From positions 2,670 through 66,669 of the IMG/VR virus record IMGVR_UViG_3300037875_000252: a DNA stretch of 64,000 bases. One strand, given 5' to 3'. Source of the DNA: a virus. Below, one piece after another: positions 37,516 through 47,331 of this stretch (positions within the stretch are counted from its first letter, which is position 1; each line of letters begins with the position of its first letter). The position numbers and the translations under genes are program-made. The notes under the pieces are model-generated. The model made no database searches. It saw nothing but the letters and a program-made list of their open reading frames with translations, and had not been told where the DNA came from.

Positions 37516-38021
37516 ATATGTATATCTACTATTTTTTATATTACTATATATGTAGTACTCCAATAATATTTTTTATAATATATAACTCTTTGTTTGTATA
37601 TGAACAAAATAATTGGGGTTTTAGTATGAGTAAATCTTTTTTTGAATCAAATAAAATTTACTCAATATATTTTGGAATTTTACTTACATTAGTAAATGTT
37701 ATTGGTATTTTACTTACATATTTTTTCACTAAAAAATTTAAATATGGTATTGGTTTTCATAAAAATATTAAATTAATATGTAAAAAATGTAATAAAAAAC
37801 TTACAATTTCAAAAAATGTAGATTTTGAAATTTTTAATGGTTTTAAATATGGTAATATTATAATTAATGGTTTGAAATATGGTAATATTACAAATAATGA
37901 TGAAATATTTATTAAATGTGTAAAATGTTATGAAACTTTATGGTATAAAATACCATCACATATACCATTAAGCCAAAATAAAAACTATTTAAAATTATTT
38001 AAAAAGAAATATGTATTATAA
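37512..38021 (+). CDS. Membrane protein with C-terminal PxHIP Zn-finger module
   Basis: Two TM segments then CKKC..CVKC..IPSHIPLSQNKNY. Confidence 0.65.
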   Translation: MNMYIYYFLYYYICSTPIIFFIIYNSLFVYEQNNWGFSMSKSFFESNKIYSIYFGILLTLVNVIGILLTYFFTKKFKYGIGFHKNIKLICKKCNKKLTISKNVDFEIFNGFKYGNIIINGLKYGNITNNDEIFIKCVKCYETLWYKIPSHIPLSQNKNYLKLFKKKYVL

Positions 38022-38175
38022 ATGTAAATGTTGTAAAGAAAATATAATTAATGAATGTAGCGAATCTTATATATGTGGTTGTGTTTGTGCTGTGTGTAGA
38101 GATAAGATTATACCTAAATACATTCCACTAAAACAACATAAAAAATATTTAAATTCTAAATATAAAATATTATGA
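38011..38175 (+). CDS. PxHIP-family small Zn-finger protein (not in ORF track)
   Basis: CKCC..CAVC..IPKYIPLKQHKKY. Confidence 0.65.
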   Translation: MYYKCKCCKENIINECSESYICGCVCAVCRDKIIPKYIPLKQHKKYLNSKYKIL

Positions 38176-38336
38176 AACATTGTACTATTATTTGTAAAAT
38201 GTGTTATAAAATTTTATATTGTAAGTTATCAAAAAAAACTGGTATATGTTTTAATTGTAGAGAAGAATTAATTCCAAATCACATACCAAAAGAACAATTT
38301 AAAAAATATTGGAGTAATAAAAAGTGGATGATATAA
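38172..38336 (+). CDS. PxHIP-family small Zn-finger protein (not in ORF track)
   Basis: CKMC..CFNC..IPNHIPKEQFKKY. Confidence 0.7.
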   Translation: MKHCTIICKMCYKILYCKLSKKTGICFNCREELIPNHIPKEQFKKYWSNKKWMI

Positions 38337-39130
38337 AAGTTACATGTATAAATCCTTATTGTGATGATGATAAAGATCATCTTTGGATAAATGTACAGAA
38401 GATGATCTATCATTGCTGGAAATGTGGATACTCTGGTAGAATAGTAGAAAATAAAGGTATACTAAATATACTAAAAAATAGAAAAACTACTAAACCAGTT
38501 TCTAGAAACAAAAAATTTGTACAAGACAGTAAAGAATTGATTGATCCAAATGGATTTATACCTATAGAATCTTTGAAATCTAATCATTATACTATAGAGT
38601 ATATTAAATCAAGATGTGTTTCTATTGAGTTATGTACTAAGTTAGGTGGTATGTACTCACAACAAGGACCTCTAAATGGTAGAATAGTGTTTCCTATTAA
38701 GAGTGGTAATAATATTGTAGGTTGGCAAGGTAGATCTGTATATAATAGGATTCCTAAATACCTTATATTTGGTAAAAAGAGTTTAGGTATATTTGCTATA
38801 AAGGATTTAAAATCATATAAAAACTTTGTTATTATTTTTGAAGGTGTGTTTGATATATTGAAAGTACCTGATTATGGTATATGTATATTAGGTAAGAAGT
38901 TAAGTAAAGAACAAAAGAGACTACTTACAGCATTTCTAAATGTTAAAACAGTATTTGTTATGTTGGATAGCGATGCAAACATACATTCTAAGAGAGATTA
39001 CGAACAAGAGTTATGTGATGAATTATCAGAGTATTTTAATACTATTCCAGTTCAATTAAAATCTGGTGATCCTGGTGACCTTACTGAAAATGAGATATTG
39101 AAATTATGCCTAAACAAAATAAAGAAATAA
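38324..39130 (+). CDS. DNA primase (Zn finger plus TOPRIM)
   Basis: CINPYC..H..YHCWKCG, RIVFP, GWQGR, FEGVFD, LDSD, DPGD. Confidence 0.88.
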   Translation: MDDIKVTCINPYCDDDKDHLWINVQKMIYHCWKCGYSGRIVENKGILNILKNRKTTKPVSRNKKFVQDSKELIDPNGFIPIESLKSNHYTIEYIKSRCVSIELCTKLGGMYSQQGPLNGRIVFPIKSGNNIVGWQGRSVYNRIPKYLIFGKKSLGIFAIKDLKSYKNFVIIFEGVFDILKVPDYGICILGKKLSKEQKRLLTAFLNVKTVFVMLDSDANIHSKRDYEQELCDELSEYFNTIPVQLKSGDPGDLTENEILKLCLNKIKK

Positions 39131-39131
39131 A

Positions 39132-39401
39132 ATGGAACTACAAAAAGCAATAAAAAAATCTACGTGTCAAAATCACGCATATAGAGTTAATGAAGATGGA
39201 AGTTTATTATTCTATAACGGTAATAATAAATATTCTGGTTTTGGTAATACTGGCGTACACCATACAGGTAAAATATTATCTACTAATGAATCAAACTATA
39301 ATGATTGGATACCATACTTTATAAAACCTGAACATATACCAGATGATCAATGGTTCACTTATTTTAAATCTTATTGGGAGAAACATAAAGATGAAACTTA
39401 G
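39132..39401 (+). CDS. PxHIP-family protein (non-CxxC N-terminus)
   Basis: KPEHIPDDQWFTYF. Confidence 0.65.
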   Translation: MELQKAIKKSTCQNHAYRVNEDGSLLFYNGNNKYSGFGNTGVHHTGKILSTNESNYNDWIPYFIKPEHIPDDQWFTYFKSYWEKHKDET

Positions 39402-39579
39402 AAAGTTTATAAATAGTGATGAAAATGTGTGGATAGAACCAGTAGATAATATTAACTTATTTAAACATTGTGCATGTGGAAAAGAAAAGGTTAAAAAAGA
39501 AACATTCAATATGGATGTAGCACCACTTTTATTAATTCACGGAGTTGAGATTGTTAAATTTATAAAATAGAGGAAGATT

Positions 39580-39843
39580 ATGGAAAAGATATTTAATTGT
39601 GATGAAACAGGTGAAACTTTAATAGTAAAAAGTGTAAAAGACAAATCATATTCATATGATAGTATACATAATATGACTATTAGAGAAGTAGAAAATTTTA
39701 TTATGTATGTTAATGAGAATACTTTTAGACAATCTTTTAGAAATATTGTAAGAACTAAAGAAGGGAGAAAAAAATTAATTAGTTTTGCACAAACTATTCA
39801 TGGTAGGTTGTACGACATAGTAAGAGAAAAATCACACTATTAA
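39580..39843 (+). CDS. Hypothetical protein
   Basis: GAGG RBS, 87 aa. Confidence 0.55.
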   Translation: MEKIFNCDETGETLIVKSVKDKSYSYDSIHNMTIREVENFIMYVNENTFRQSFRNIVRTKEGRKKLISFAQTIHGRLYDIVREKSHY

Positions 39844-39861
39844 TCTTATAAGGAGGATGTT

Positions 39862-41892
39862 ATGTTAGCTACACTAGAAAAAAAGAAGTTAAACTTTACT
39901 GATTTAAAAGCACCGATTCATGAGCAATTTAAATTAATGTCTAAGACTCAATTATTTAGAACAAATGTAGATAAAGACCTATTATGGGATACTTATCTTT
40001 CTTCATTTCCAGAAGGAACTAATCCTATATATAAAGAACGTACAGAACATGATTGTCAAAGTTGTAGACAATTTATAAGAGCTTCTGGTAATGTTGTTAC
40101 TATTAAGGATAACAAGTTAGTTTCTATATGGGATGTTGAAGTAGGTGGTAGCTATCAAGTTGTAGTAGATGCCTTGTCTAAACTAGTTAAATCCAACCTC
40201 ATTGCAGATGTATTCTTACATTATGAGCAACAGATAGGAACTGATTTTAATAATCAAATGTTAGAAGATGGTGAAATAATAAAATGGAATCATCTTCATT
40301 TTAAATTACCTACTAAATTTGTAATGAGTGGTGATAGAGTTGGTACAAAACTATCAGAATTAAGAAGTAATAAAGAAGTATTTAAACGTGGATTAGATGA
40401 AATAACATTAGAATCAGTAGAGACAGTTTTAGAACTAATAGAACAAAACTCCATATACAGAGGTGCAGAACATAAAGGTATTGTAGAACTATTCTTAAAA
40501 CATAAAGATATTTATGATAAGATCATTGATAGTAGTGAGAAAGATAACTATTGTTGGGATACATCTATAATACTTAAATCTGCATCTAAGATAAGAAATA
40601 CTGTGATTGGTACTTTACTAGTTGATATTTCAGATGGTAAACCTTTAGATGCATCAGTGAAGTCTTTTGAAACTAAGGTTGCACCAGTAAACTATAAAAG
40701 ACCTACAGCATTAGTTACAAAAAGTATGATAGATAATGCTCAGAAGAAAGTAGAAGAACTTGGTATTGGTGAGTCATTACAAAGACGTTATGCAGTCACT
40801 GATGACATAACCATAAATAATGTATTGTTTGCTAACAGAGAAATAAAGAAGTCAATGAATGTTTTTGATGAATTGAAAAGTGAAGCACAAGATAAACTAC
40901 CTAATCTAAAGAAAGTAGATGAAGTAGATATTAAAACATTCATTGAGGATGTAGTACCAAAGGCTGATAAGATTGAATTACTATTTGATAATAGTCATAC
41001 TGGTAATCTTATGAGTTTGATAGCACCAGTAAATAAGGATTCAAAGAGAATCTTTAAATGGGATAATAACTTCTCTTGGTCATATAATGGTGAAGTTACA
41101 GATTCTATTAAGGAACGAGTAAAGAAAGCTGGTGGTAGTGTGACTGGTGATTTAAGGTGTTCTTTATCTTGGTTTAATTATGATGACTTAGATATTCATT
41201 TAATAGAACCAAAAGGTGGTGTAACCATTTATTATGGTCGTAAGAGTTCACCTAAAGGTGGAAAGCTTGATGTTGATATGAATGCTGGTGGTGGAAGAAG
41301 TAGAAATGCTGTAGAGAACATAACTTATAAGAATAAGGCTAAAATGATTGAAGGAAAATATGTATTGAAAGTACATCAATTTTCTAAACGTGAAACAGTT
41401 GATGTAGGATTTGATGTAGAGATAGAATTTGGTGGTGAAATACATTCATTCCATTATGATAAACCTGTATCTGGGTATGTTACAGTTGCAGAGTTTGAGT
41501 ACACACATGCATATGGTATTAAGATAATTAAATCTTTACCATCTACTAAAGCAACCAAAGAAGTGTGGGGAATTAATACACAAAAATTCCAGAATGTTTC
41601 TATGATAATGAACTCACCTAATAACTGGGATGATTATATTACAGGTAACAAACATTGGTTCTTTATATTAGAAGGATGTAGGAATCAAGAAAAAGGAAGA
41701 GGATTTTATAATGAATTTCTTAGTAACGATCTAACTAAACATAGAAAAGTGTTTGAAGTACTTGGATCTAAAATGAAAACAGAGAAGTCTAATGATCAGT
41801 TGAGTGGTCTTGGATTTAGCTCTACACAAAGAAACAGTGTTTACTGTAGAGTAACTGGTAGTTTCTCAAGAACTATAAAAATTAACTTTTAA
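39862..41892 (+). CDS. Large phage protein with TerD/YfaP-like beta domain
   Basis: HDCQSCRQF; SLSWFNYDDLDIH..LDVDMNAGG..AVENI. Confidence 0.65.
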   Translation: MLATLEKKKLNFTDLKAPIHEQFKLMSKTQLFRTNVDKDLLWDTYLSSFPEGTNPIYKERTEHDCQSCRQFIRASGNVVTIKDNKLVSIWDVEVGGSYQVVVDALSKLVKSNLIADVFLHYEQQIGTDFNNQMLEDGEIIKWNHLHFKLPTKFVMSGDRVGTKLSELRSNKEVFKRGLDEITLESVETVLELIEQNSIYRGAEHKGIVELFLKHKDIYDKIIDSSEKDNYCWDTSIILKSASKIRNTVIGTLLVDISDGKPLDASVKSFETKVAPVNYKRPTALVTKSMIDNAQKKVEELGIGESLQRRYAVTDDITINNVLFANREIKKSMNVFDELKSEAQDKLPNLKKVDEVDIKTFIEDVVPKADKIELLFDNSHTGNLMSLIAPVNKDSKRIFKWDNNFSWSYNGEVTDSIKERVKKAGGSVTGDLRCSLSWFNYDDLDIHLIEPKGGVTIYYGRKSSPKGGKLDVDMNAGGGRSRNAVENITYKNKAKMIEGKYVLKVHQFSKRETVDVGFDVEIEFGGEIHSFHYDKPVSGYVTVAEFEYTHAYGIKIIKSLPSTKATKEVWGINTQKFQNVSMIMNSPNNWDDYITGNKHWFFILEGCRNQEKGRGFYNEFLSNDLTKHRKVFEVLGSKMKTEKSNDQLSGLGFSSTQRNSVYCRVTGSFSRTIKINF

Positions 41893-41901
41893 AGGAGAGT
41901 T

Positions 41902-42219
41902 ATGGATAAAATAAAATTACACTACTCAATAAGAAGTGGTGGTGATGGTAGTGCTCATATACAATTTATGGAGTCAGAAGAATTAGCAATATGGGATCAA
42001 GACAACATGGATGAAGGTTGGGGTGAAACTTGTAACGGTTATGTTGAACTTTCATCAAAATCACGTATAATACTTTTAGAAGATATTATGACTATAGATG
42101 ATATGATTGAAGATATAGAAAATAGTTTATCTTATTGTTGTGATACTATTAAAGAAAGTTATGAAAAACAACTTACAGAACTTAAAAAAATGAAAGGAAA
42201 ACAAAATGGAGAACTTTGA
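41902..42219 (+). CDS. Hypothetical protein
   Basis: YSIRSGGDGSA..DEGWGE.C. Confidence 0.6.
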   Translation: MDKIKLHYSIRSGGDGSAHIQFMESEELAIWDQDNMDEGWGETCNGYVELSSKSRIILLEDIMTIDDMIEDIENSLSYCCDTIKESYEKQLTELKKMKGKQNGEL

Positions 42220-42601
42220 AAAAGCTAGTAAAGATAAGTATCGTTTTAATACACCAGTAGGACAAATAACAGTAGAGGATTTATGGGATATCCCACTTGT
42301 ATCTAGAAAATCTAATATTTCCCTAGATAATATTGCTAAAGGCCTTAACAAACAAATAAATGAAAATGAGGAGGAAAGTTTCGTAGTAAAAAGTACAAGT
42401 AAGAATAATATTCTATTAACTAAATTTAATATTGTTAAAAAAGTTATAGAAGTTAGGTTGGCAGAAGCTAAAGCTGTAGACGACAGGAAAAAGAATAAAG
42501 AGAAGAAACAACGTATTATGTCTATACTTGCAGATAAGCAAGATGAAAGTTTGAAAGGTAAGTCTGAAGAAGAACTAACAAAACTACTAGGAGAACTTTA
42601 A
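42206..42601 (+). CDS. Phage coiled-coil protein
   Basis: FEKA.K.KYRF..G.ITVEDLWDIPL. Confidence 0.65.
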   Translation: MENFEKASKDKYRFNTPVGQITVEDLWDIPLVSRKSNISLDNIAKGLNKQINENEEESFVVKSTSKNNILLTKFNIVKKVIEVRLAEAKAVDDRKKNKEKKQRIMSILADKQDESLKGKSEEELTKLLGEL

Positions 42602-42640
42602 ATAATATTTTAATTTTATTAATATTTAAGGAGATAAAAA

Positions 42641-43432
42641 TTGAATTTAGAATTATTAATTATTGACCCACAAAAAGATTTTTGTGATCCAAAAGGTTCT
42701 TTGTTTGTACCTGGTGCAGATAAAGATATACAAAGACTTTCTAGTATGATTTCTCGTTTAGGTGGTAAGATCAAAGATATTCACGTAACTTTAGATAGTC
42801 ATCATTATGTAGATATAGCTCATCCAATATTTTGGATAGATAGTGATGGTAAACACCCAAACCCATTCACATTGATTAGTAAAGATGATGTGGAAAATGG
42901 AGTTTGGAGATCTACAAATCCTAATTTTCAAAAAAGAGCTTTAGAGTATGTAAAAACACTTGATATTAACAGTAGATATCTACTATGTATATGGCCTCCA
43001 CATTGTTTGATAGGTTCAGAAGGATATCAAGTAGTTCCAGAATTGTTCAATGTACTTACAGAGTGGGAAAAGTCTTTCAAAATGGTAGATTATGTTACAA
43101 AAGGTAGTAATTTTTGGACAGAACATTATTCAGCAGTTCAAGCAGATGTACCTGATCCTGAAGATCCTGGTACTATGTTAAATACAAGACTTATTGAAAC
43201 TCTTGAAAGGGCTGATATTGTAGTTATAGCAGGAGAAGCTTTGTCACATTGTGTAGCTAATACTGTAACAGATGTTGCTAATGCATTTGGAGATGATAGT
43301 ATTAAGAAGTTGGTTTTACTAGAAGATGCTACTTCAAATGTTCCTTCTTTTGAGCAGCTTGGAATAGATTTTGTAAATGATTTAAAGAGTAGAGGTATGC
43401 AGGTTTCTAATTCAATAGACTTTTTAAAATAG
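42641..43432 (+). CDS. Nicotinamidase/isochorismatase-family hydrolase
   Basis: IIDPQKDFC..GSLFVPGA, LDSH, WPPHC, TKG, EHYSA, GEALSHCV. Confidence 0.88.
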   Translation: MNLELLIIDPQKDFCDPKGSLFVPGADKDIQRLSSMISRLGGKIKDIHVTLDSHHYVDIAHPIFWIDSDGKHPNPFTLISKDDVENGVWRSTNPNFQKRALEYVKTLDINSRYLLCIWPPHCLIGSEGYQVVPELFNVLTEWEKSFKMVDYVTKGSNFWTEHYSAVQADVPDPEDPGTMLNTRLIETLERADIVVIAGEALSHCVANTVTDVANAFGDDSIKKLVLLEDATSNVPSFEQLGIDFVNDLKSRGMQVSNSIDFLK

Positions 43433-43445
43433 AAAGGTTGTTAAT

Positions 43446-44189
43446 ATGCCAAATTTAATGGGAGATGACTTAGTAAAATCAACAATTCCTGGAACTGGTG
43501 CTTTTAATTTTTCAGGTATTAGACCTGAAGATTTAGGAGCAACAGAGTACACATTGGTAGTTATAGCTGTGGATAGATCATCAAGTGTTAGAGATTTTGA
43601 TACAGAGTTGGTAAAAACTATTAAGAAAATTGTAGAAGCTTGTAAGAAGTCACCAAGAGCAGAGAATCTTATGATTAGACTTATTTCATTCAACCATGAG
43701 TTGGAAGAGATTCACGGATTTAAAACTTTGAATACTATAGACATAGATGATTATAAAAGTTTGAATCCATCAGGTATGACAGCATTATTTGATGCAGCTT
43801 ACTCAGGAGTTGGATCTATAGTAACTTTTGCAAAAACACTTATAGATCAAGATTTTGATGTTAATGGTGCTTTGTACATTATTACAGATGGTATGGATAA
43901 TAGATCAACTATGACACCTGAAGGAATATCTAACTGGATTAAGAAGGTTGGTCATGATGAAGAAATTGAATCCTTAATATCAGTTCTTGTAGGTGTTAAT
44001 ATTGAAGATAGTACTGTCAAACAATGTTTGGAATCTTTTAAACAGGACGCCAATCTTGATAAGTTTATTAATGTTGGTGATGCTACTGAAAGTAAGCTTG
44101 CTCAATTAGCTGACTTTGTTAGTCAAAGTATTTCAAGCCAAAGCCAGTCTATAGGAACAGGAGGTCCCAGCCAAATAGCTGGATTCTAA
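43446..44189 (+). CDS. vWA-domain protein (TerY-like)
   Basis: DRSSS MIDAS, GMTALFDA, ITDG. Confidence 0.8.
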   Translation: MPNLMGDDLVKSTIPGTGAFNFSGIRPEDLGATEYTLVVIAVDRSSSVRDFDTELVKTIKKIVEACKKSPRAENLMIRLISFNHELEEIHGFKTLNTIDIDDYKSLNPSGMTALFDAAYSGVGSIVTFAKTLIDQDFDVNGALYIITDGMDNRSTMTPEGISNWIKKVGHDEEIESLISVLVGVNIEDSTVKQCLESFKQDANLDKFINVGDATESKLAQLADFVSQSISSQSQSIGTGGPSQIAGF

Positions 44190-44190
44190 T

Positions 44191-44979
44191 ATGCAAGTAG
44201 ATTCTTTTTTAACTAAAGGAACTGCTCATTCGATCTGTGAGGATTACATAAGGCATGGGACAAAACCATTTCCTTATGTAATTCTTTCAGACGGTTGTTC
44301 TAGTTCTCATAATACTGATATAGGCGCCAGAATACTTGTAAGTCAAGCTCATAGAACATTTCTTGATGATATGTTTGTAGAATTTAAAGCTGATAAAGGT
44401 TTGTCTTTGCCTAAATTCACAGTTTTACAACCTTCTTTAGATGTAGTGACTTTAATGGGATTAGATCATGCTTGTTTAGATGCTACTTTGATGTGTGCAA
44501 TGGTTGTTGAAGATCAAATTTTAGTGAGAGTTTTCGGAGATGGTAGTATTATTCAGATTATGAAAGATGGTAGAGTACAAATTATGAATTACTCATATGC
44601 AGAGAATGCGCCTTTCTATTTATCTTATTTGAAGAGTTCAGAAGATGTGGAAAAATATCTTAAAAAGTTTAGTCCTTATGTGTTTGAGAAACGTTATTTT
44701 GCAGGTGTTAATATGTACAATAATAATATACCTGTTAATAAACCTTTTCAAATAAATATACCTAAAAAAGATGTTAAAGCTGTTTTAATTGCTTCTGATG
44801 GTATTGAATCTTTTTCAGGTGATTTTGCAGATAATATAGTAGAAGTAGTTAATGAATTTACATCCTTTAAAAATATTAAAGGAGAATTTGTTAAGCGTAG
44901 ATCTAATAAAGCAATAAAAAAATTAGGAACACATTATGATGATATTTCCATAGGAGGTTTTTATTTTGATAGTGTATGA
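44191..44979 (+). CDS. PP2C-like Ser/Thr phosphatase
   Basis: G..H.ICEDY, SDGCSS, GDG, ASDG, HYDD. Confidence 0.8.
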   Translation: MQVDSFLTKGTAHSICEDYIRHGTKPFPYVILSDGCSSSHNTDIGARILVSQAHRTFLDDMFVEFKADKGLSLPKFTVLQPSLDVVTLMGLDHACLDATLMCAMVVEDQILVRVFGDGSIIQIMKDGRVQIMNYSYAENAPFYLSYLKSSEDVEKYLKKFSPYVFEKRYFAGVNMYNNNIPVNKPFQINIPKKDVKAVLIASDGIESFSGDFADNIVEVVNEFTSFKNIKGEFVKRRSNKAIKKLGTHYDDISIGGFYFDSV

Positions 44980-46663
44980 GAATGGTAAAAAAATAAGCCT
45001 TACTCAAAATGATTTTATAACTAAAGGAGGTGAGGGTGAAGTCTACGGAAAAGGTTCTAGTATTTATAAAATCTATCATGACCGTAGTAAAATGATTGCT
45101 AATGGGAAGATTTTAGAATTAAAAAATATTACTGATTCTAAAGTCATAGTACCTTTAAATATTCTCAGTAATAGTAGACAGGTTGATGTAGGTTTCACAA
45201 TGGATTGGATCAAGAAAACTATTTCTATTTGTAAATTGTTTACTAATGATTTCAGAAATATGAACAATATATCTGATAAGATGGCTATAGATCTTATAAA
45301 TGTTTTGAGAAATGTTATAAATAATATCCATTCTAAAAAGTGTCTTATTGTTGATCTTAATGAATTAAATATATTAGTAGATACAAAGTTTCAATGTCCT
45401 TATTTTATAGATGTTGATTCATACCAAACACCAAGTTATCCAGCAACAGCAATAATGCCTTATGTTAAAGACCACCAAACAAAAGGTTTTAATGAAAATA
45501 CTGATTGGTTTTCATTCGCAATACTTACTTGTCAGTTATTGATTGGTATACATCCTTATAAGGGTAAGCATTCACAATATAATAAAAAAGAATTAATAAA
45601 ACGAATGAAAGAAAATGCATCTATATTTGGTTCTAATATAAGATTACCATCTGCTGTTAGAGATTTTAATGTTATACCTGATACCTATTTAGAATGGTTT
45701 CAAAGGTTGTTTGAAAATGGTGTTCGTGAAGCACCTCCTGAAAATATGGGAAAGCTTATACCTATAGTTGGTGTAGTTAAAGTGATTAGTTCAGTAGAAA
45801 AATTTATTGTTAAAGAGATTATGAATCTTGATTTTTCAGAAAATATCTTATACTATAAAAGATATGAAAATAAAAACATAGTAAAAGGATCAAGTAAGAT
45901 CCAAATTAATAAGAAAGAACATACTCTCTCTTCCACAAAGACTGAATTAGTAATTGAAGAAAATACACAAATGCCAATATTTGTTCACATAGATAAAGGT
46001 ATTTTATCAATAACTAATGAGTTAAATTTACCTCAAGATAGTATTCAATTACGAGCAGATGATATGATGGTTGTAGGCAATAGTGTATTTTTACAATATA
46101 ATAATATGTTGTCTGAGGTGAGATTCAAAATACTTAATAATACTTTAATTAAAACTGTTAGATCCTATTGGAATATAATGCCAAATTCTAGTGAGATGTT
46201 TTCTGGTTTAGTTTATCAAAGTATTTTAGGAAAACCTTATTTGATGATACCTGTACCTACAAAGAAGTCCACACAATGCCATGTAATACCTATATCTGAA
46301 TTAGAGGATTATAAGATTATTGAAGCAAAGCATGATTCACAAGTTGTCCAGATAATATGTTTTAAAGATGGTATGTATGATAGAGTTACAATTGTATTTT
46401 CTGAAAAATATGATAATTACTCATTGAGAACCACTAAAGATGTAGATTATAAATATAATAATTTTATAGTTTTGGAGAACGGAGTTGTGGCATCTATAGT
46501 AGAAGATGGGCAGATGGAAATTTATTTTAATAATTTGAACAATACTAGAATTAGAGTTGTAGATAGTAAAGATATTCGCACATCAATGTTGTTGATGAAA
46601 GATGGTATAACAGTACTTTTTGCAGAAGGTACAAAGTTATATAGTATGAAATTAAAAACTTAG
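44966..46663 (+). CDS. Ser/Thr protein kinase
   Basis: KGGEGEVY, KIY, IH....IVDLNELN, IDVDSYQ, TDWFSFA, GIHPY. Confidence 0.85.
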   Translation: MIVYENGKKISLTQNDFITKGGEGEVYGKGSSIYKIYHDRSKMIANGKILELKNITDSKVIVPLNILSNSRQVDVGFTMDWIKKTISICKLFTNDFRNMNNISDKMAIDLINVLRNVINNIHSKKCLIVDLNELNILVDTKFQCPYFIDVDSYQTPSYPATAIMPYVKDHQTKGFNENTDWFSFAILTCQLLIGIHPYKGKHSQYNKKELIKRMKENASIFGSNIRLPSAVRDFNVIPDTYLEWFQRLFENGVREAPPENMGKLIPIVGVVKVISSVEKFIVKEIMNLDFSENILYYKRYENKNIVKGSSKIQINKKEHTLSSTKTELVIEENTQMPIFVHIDKGILSITNELNLPQDSIQLRADDMMVVGNSVFLQYNNMLSEVRFKILNNTLIKTVRSYWNIMPNSSEMFSGLVYQSILGKPYLMIPVPTKKSTQCHVIPISELEDYKIIEAKHDSQVVQIICFKDGMYDRVTIVFSEKYDNYSLRTTKDVDYKYNNFIVLENGVVASIVEDGQMEIYFNNLNNTRIRVVDSKDIRTSMLLMKDGITVLFAEGTKLYSMKLKT

Positions 46664-46696
46664 TAAGGACTTTAAATAATATTTTAATTTTAGAAA

Positions 46697-46767
46697 TGGG
46701 GTGTAGCCATTGGGAAAGGCATCTGCCTTTGACGCAGATAATGTGAGTTCGAGTCTCACCACCCCTT
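46697..46767 (+). tRNA. tRNA-Gln (UUG)
   Basis: Acceptor ggggtg/cacccc, anticodon arm tctgc-ctTTGac-gcaga, T arm gtgag-ttcgagt-ctcac; no encoded CCA. Confidence 0.85.
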
Positions 46768-46966
46768 TAACTTAATAGGAGAAAAATTATGGAAACATTT
46801 GTACTAGTATGTAGTATATTATTTGCAATCAAGTCTACTGTTATTTTGCAATCAAGTTTTAAACAAATTAAAATTACTAGAAATCAGAGAATATTTCAAT
46901 TTGTTATTGCTACTGGTATAGCAACTTGGGGATTTTTAACATATTTTTAAATTTATTACTAATACT

Positions 46967-47191
46967 ATGATAAAAAAAACTTTTAATGCTAGAATAAGGA
47001 ATAGGAAAAGAAGAAAAACATGTTTTATGAAATTTGGTGGTAGAGAAGTAATATCTAATGTGTGTGCAAAAATTGCACATACTAGAATACAAGCAAAGAA
47101 ACTTGCTAGTAATATAGGTAAAAGACATTACAAGTGTAATATTTGTAGACATTATCATTTAACTAGTCAAAAGGATTTTAAATCAAAATGA
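46967..47191 (+). CDS. Small basic Zn-binding protein
   Basis: YKCNICRHYHLTS. Confidence 0.6.
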   Translation: MIKKTFNARIRNRKRRKTCFMKFGGREVISNVCAKIAHTRIQAKKLASNIGKRHYKCNICRHYHLTSQKDFKSK

Positions 47192-47331
47192 AAAATATTA
47201 AAATATCTCAAGGTTTGGCTAGTATTGCAGTTTGTGGTTTAGGTGCATATTGTATGTATTTAACCAACGGTAATACTGGTGTTGGTTGGTCTATTTTAGG
47301 TTTAATATTTATATGGGAAGGTTATTAGTTT

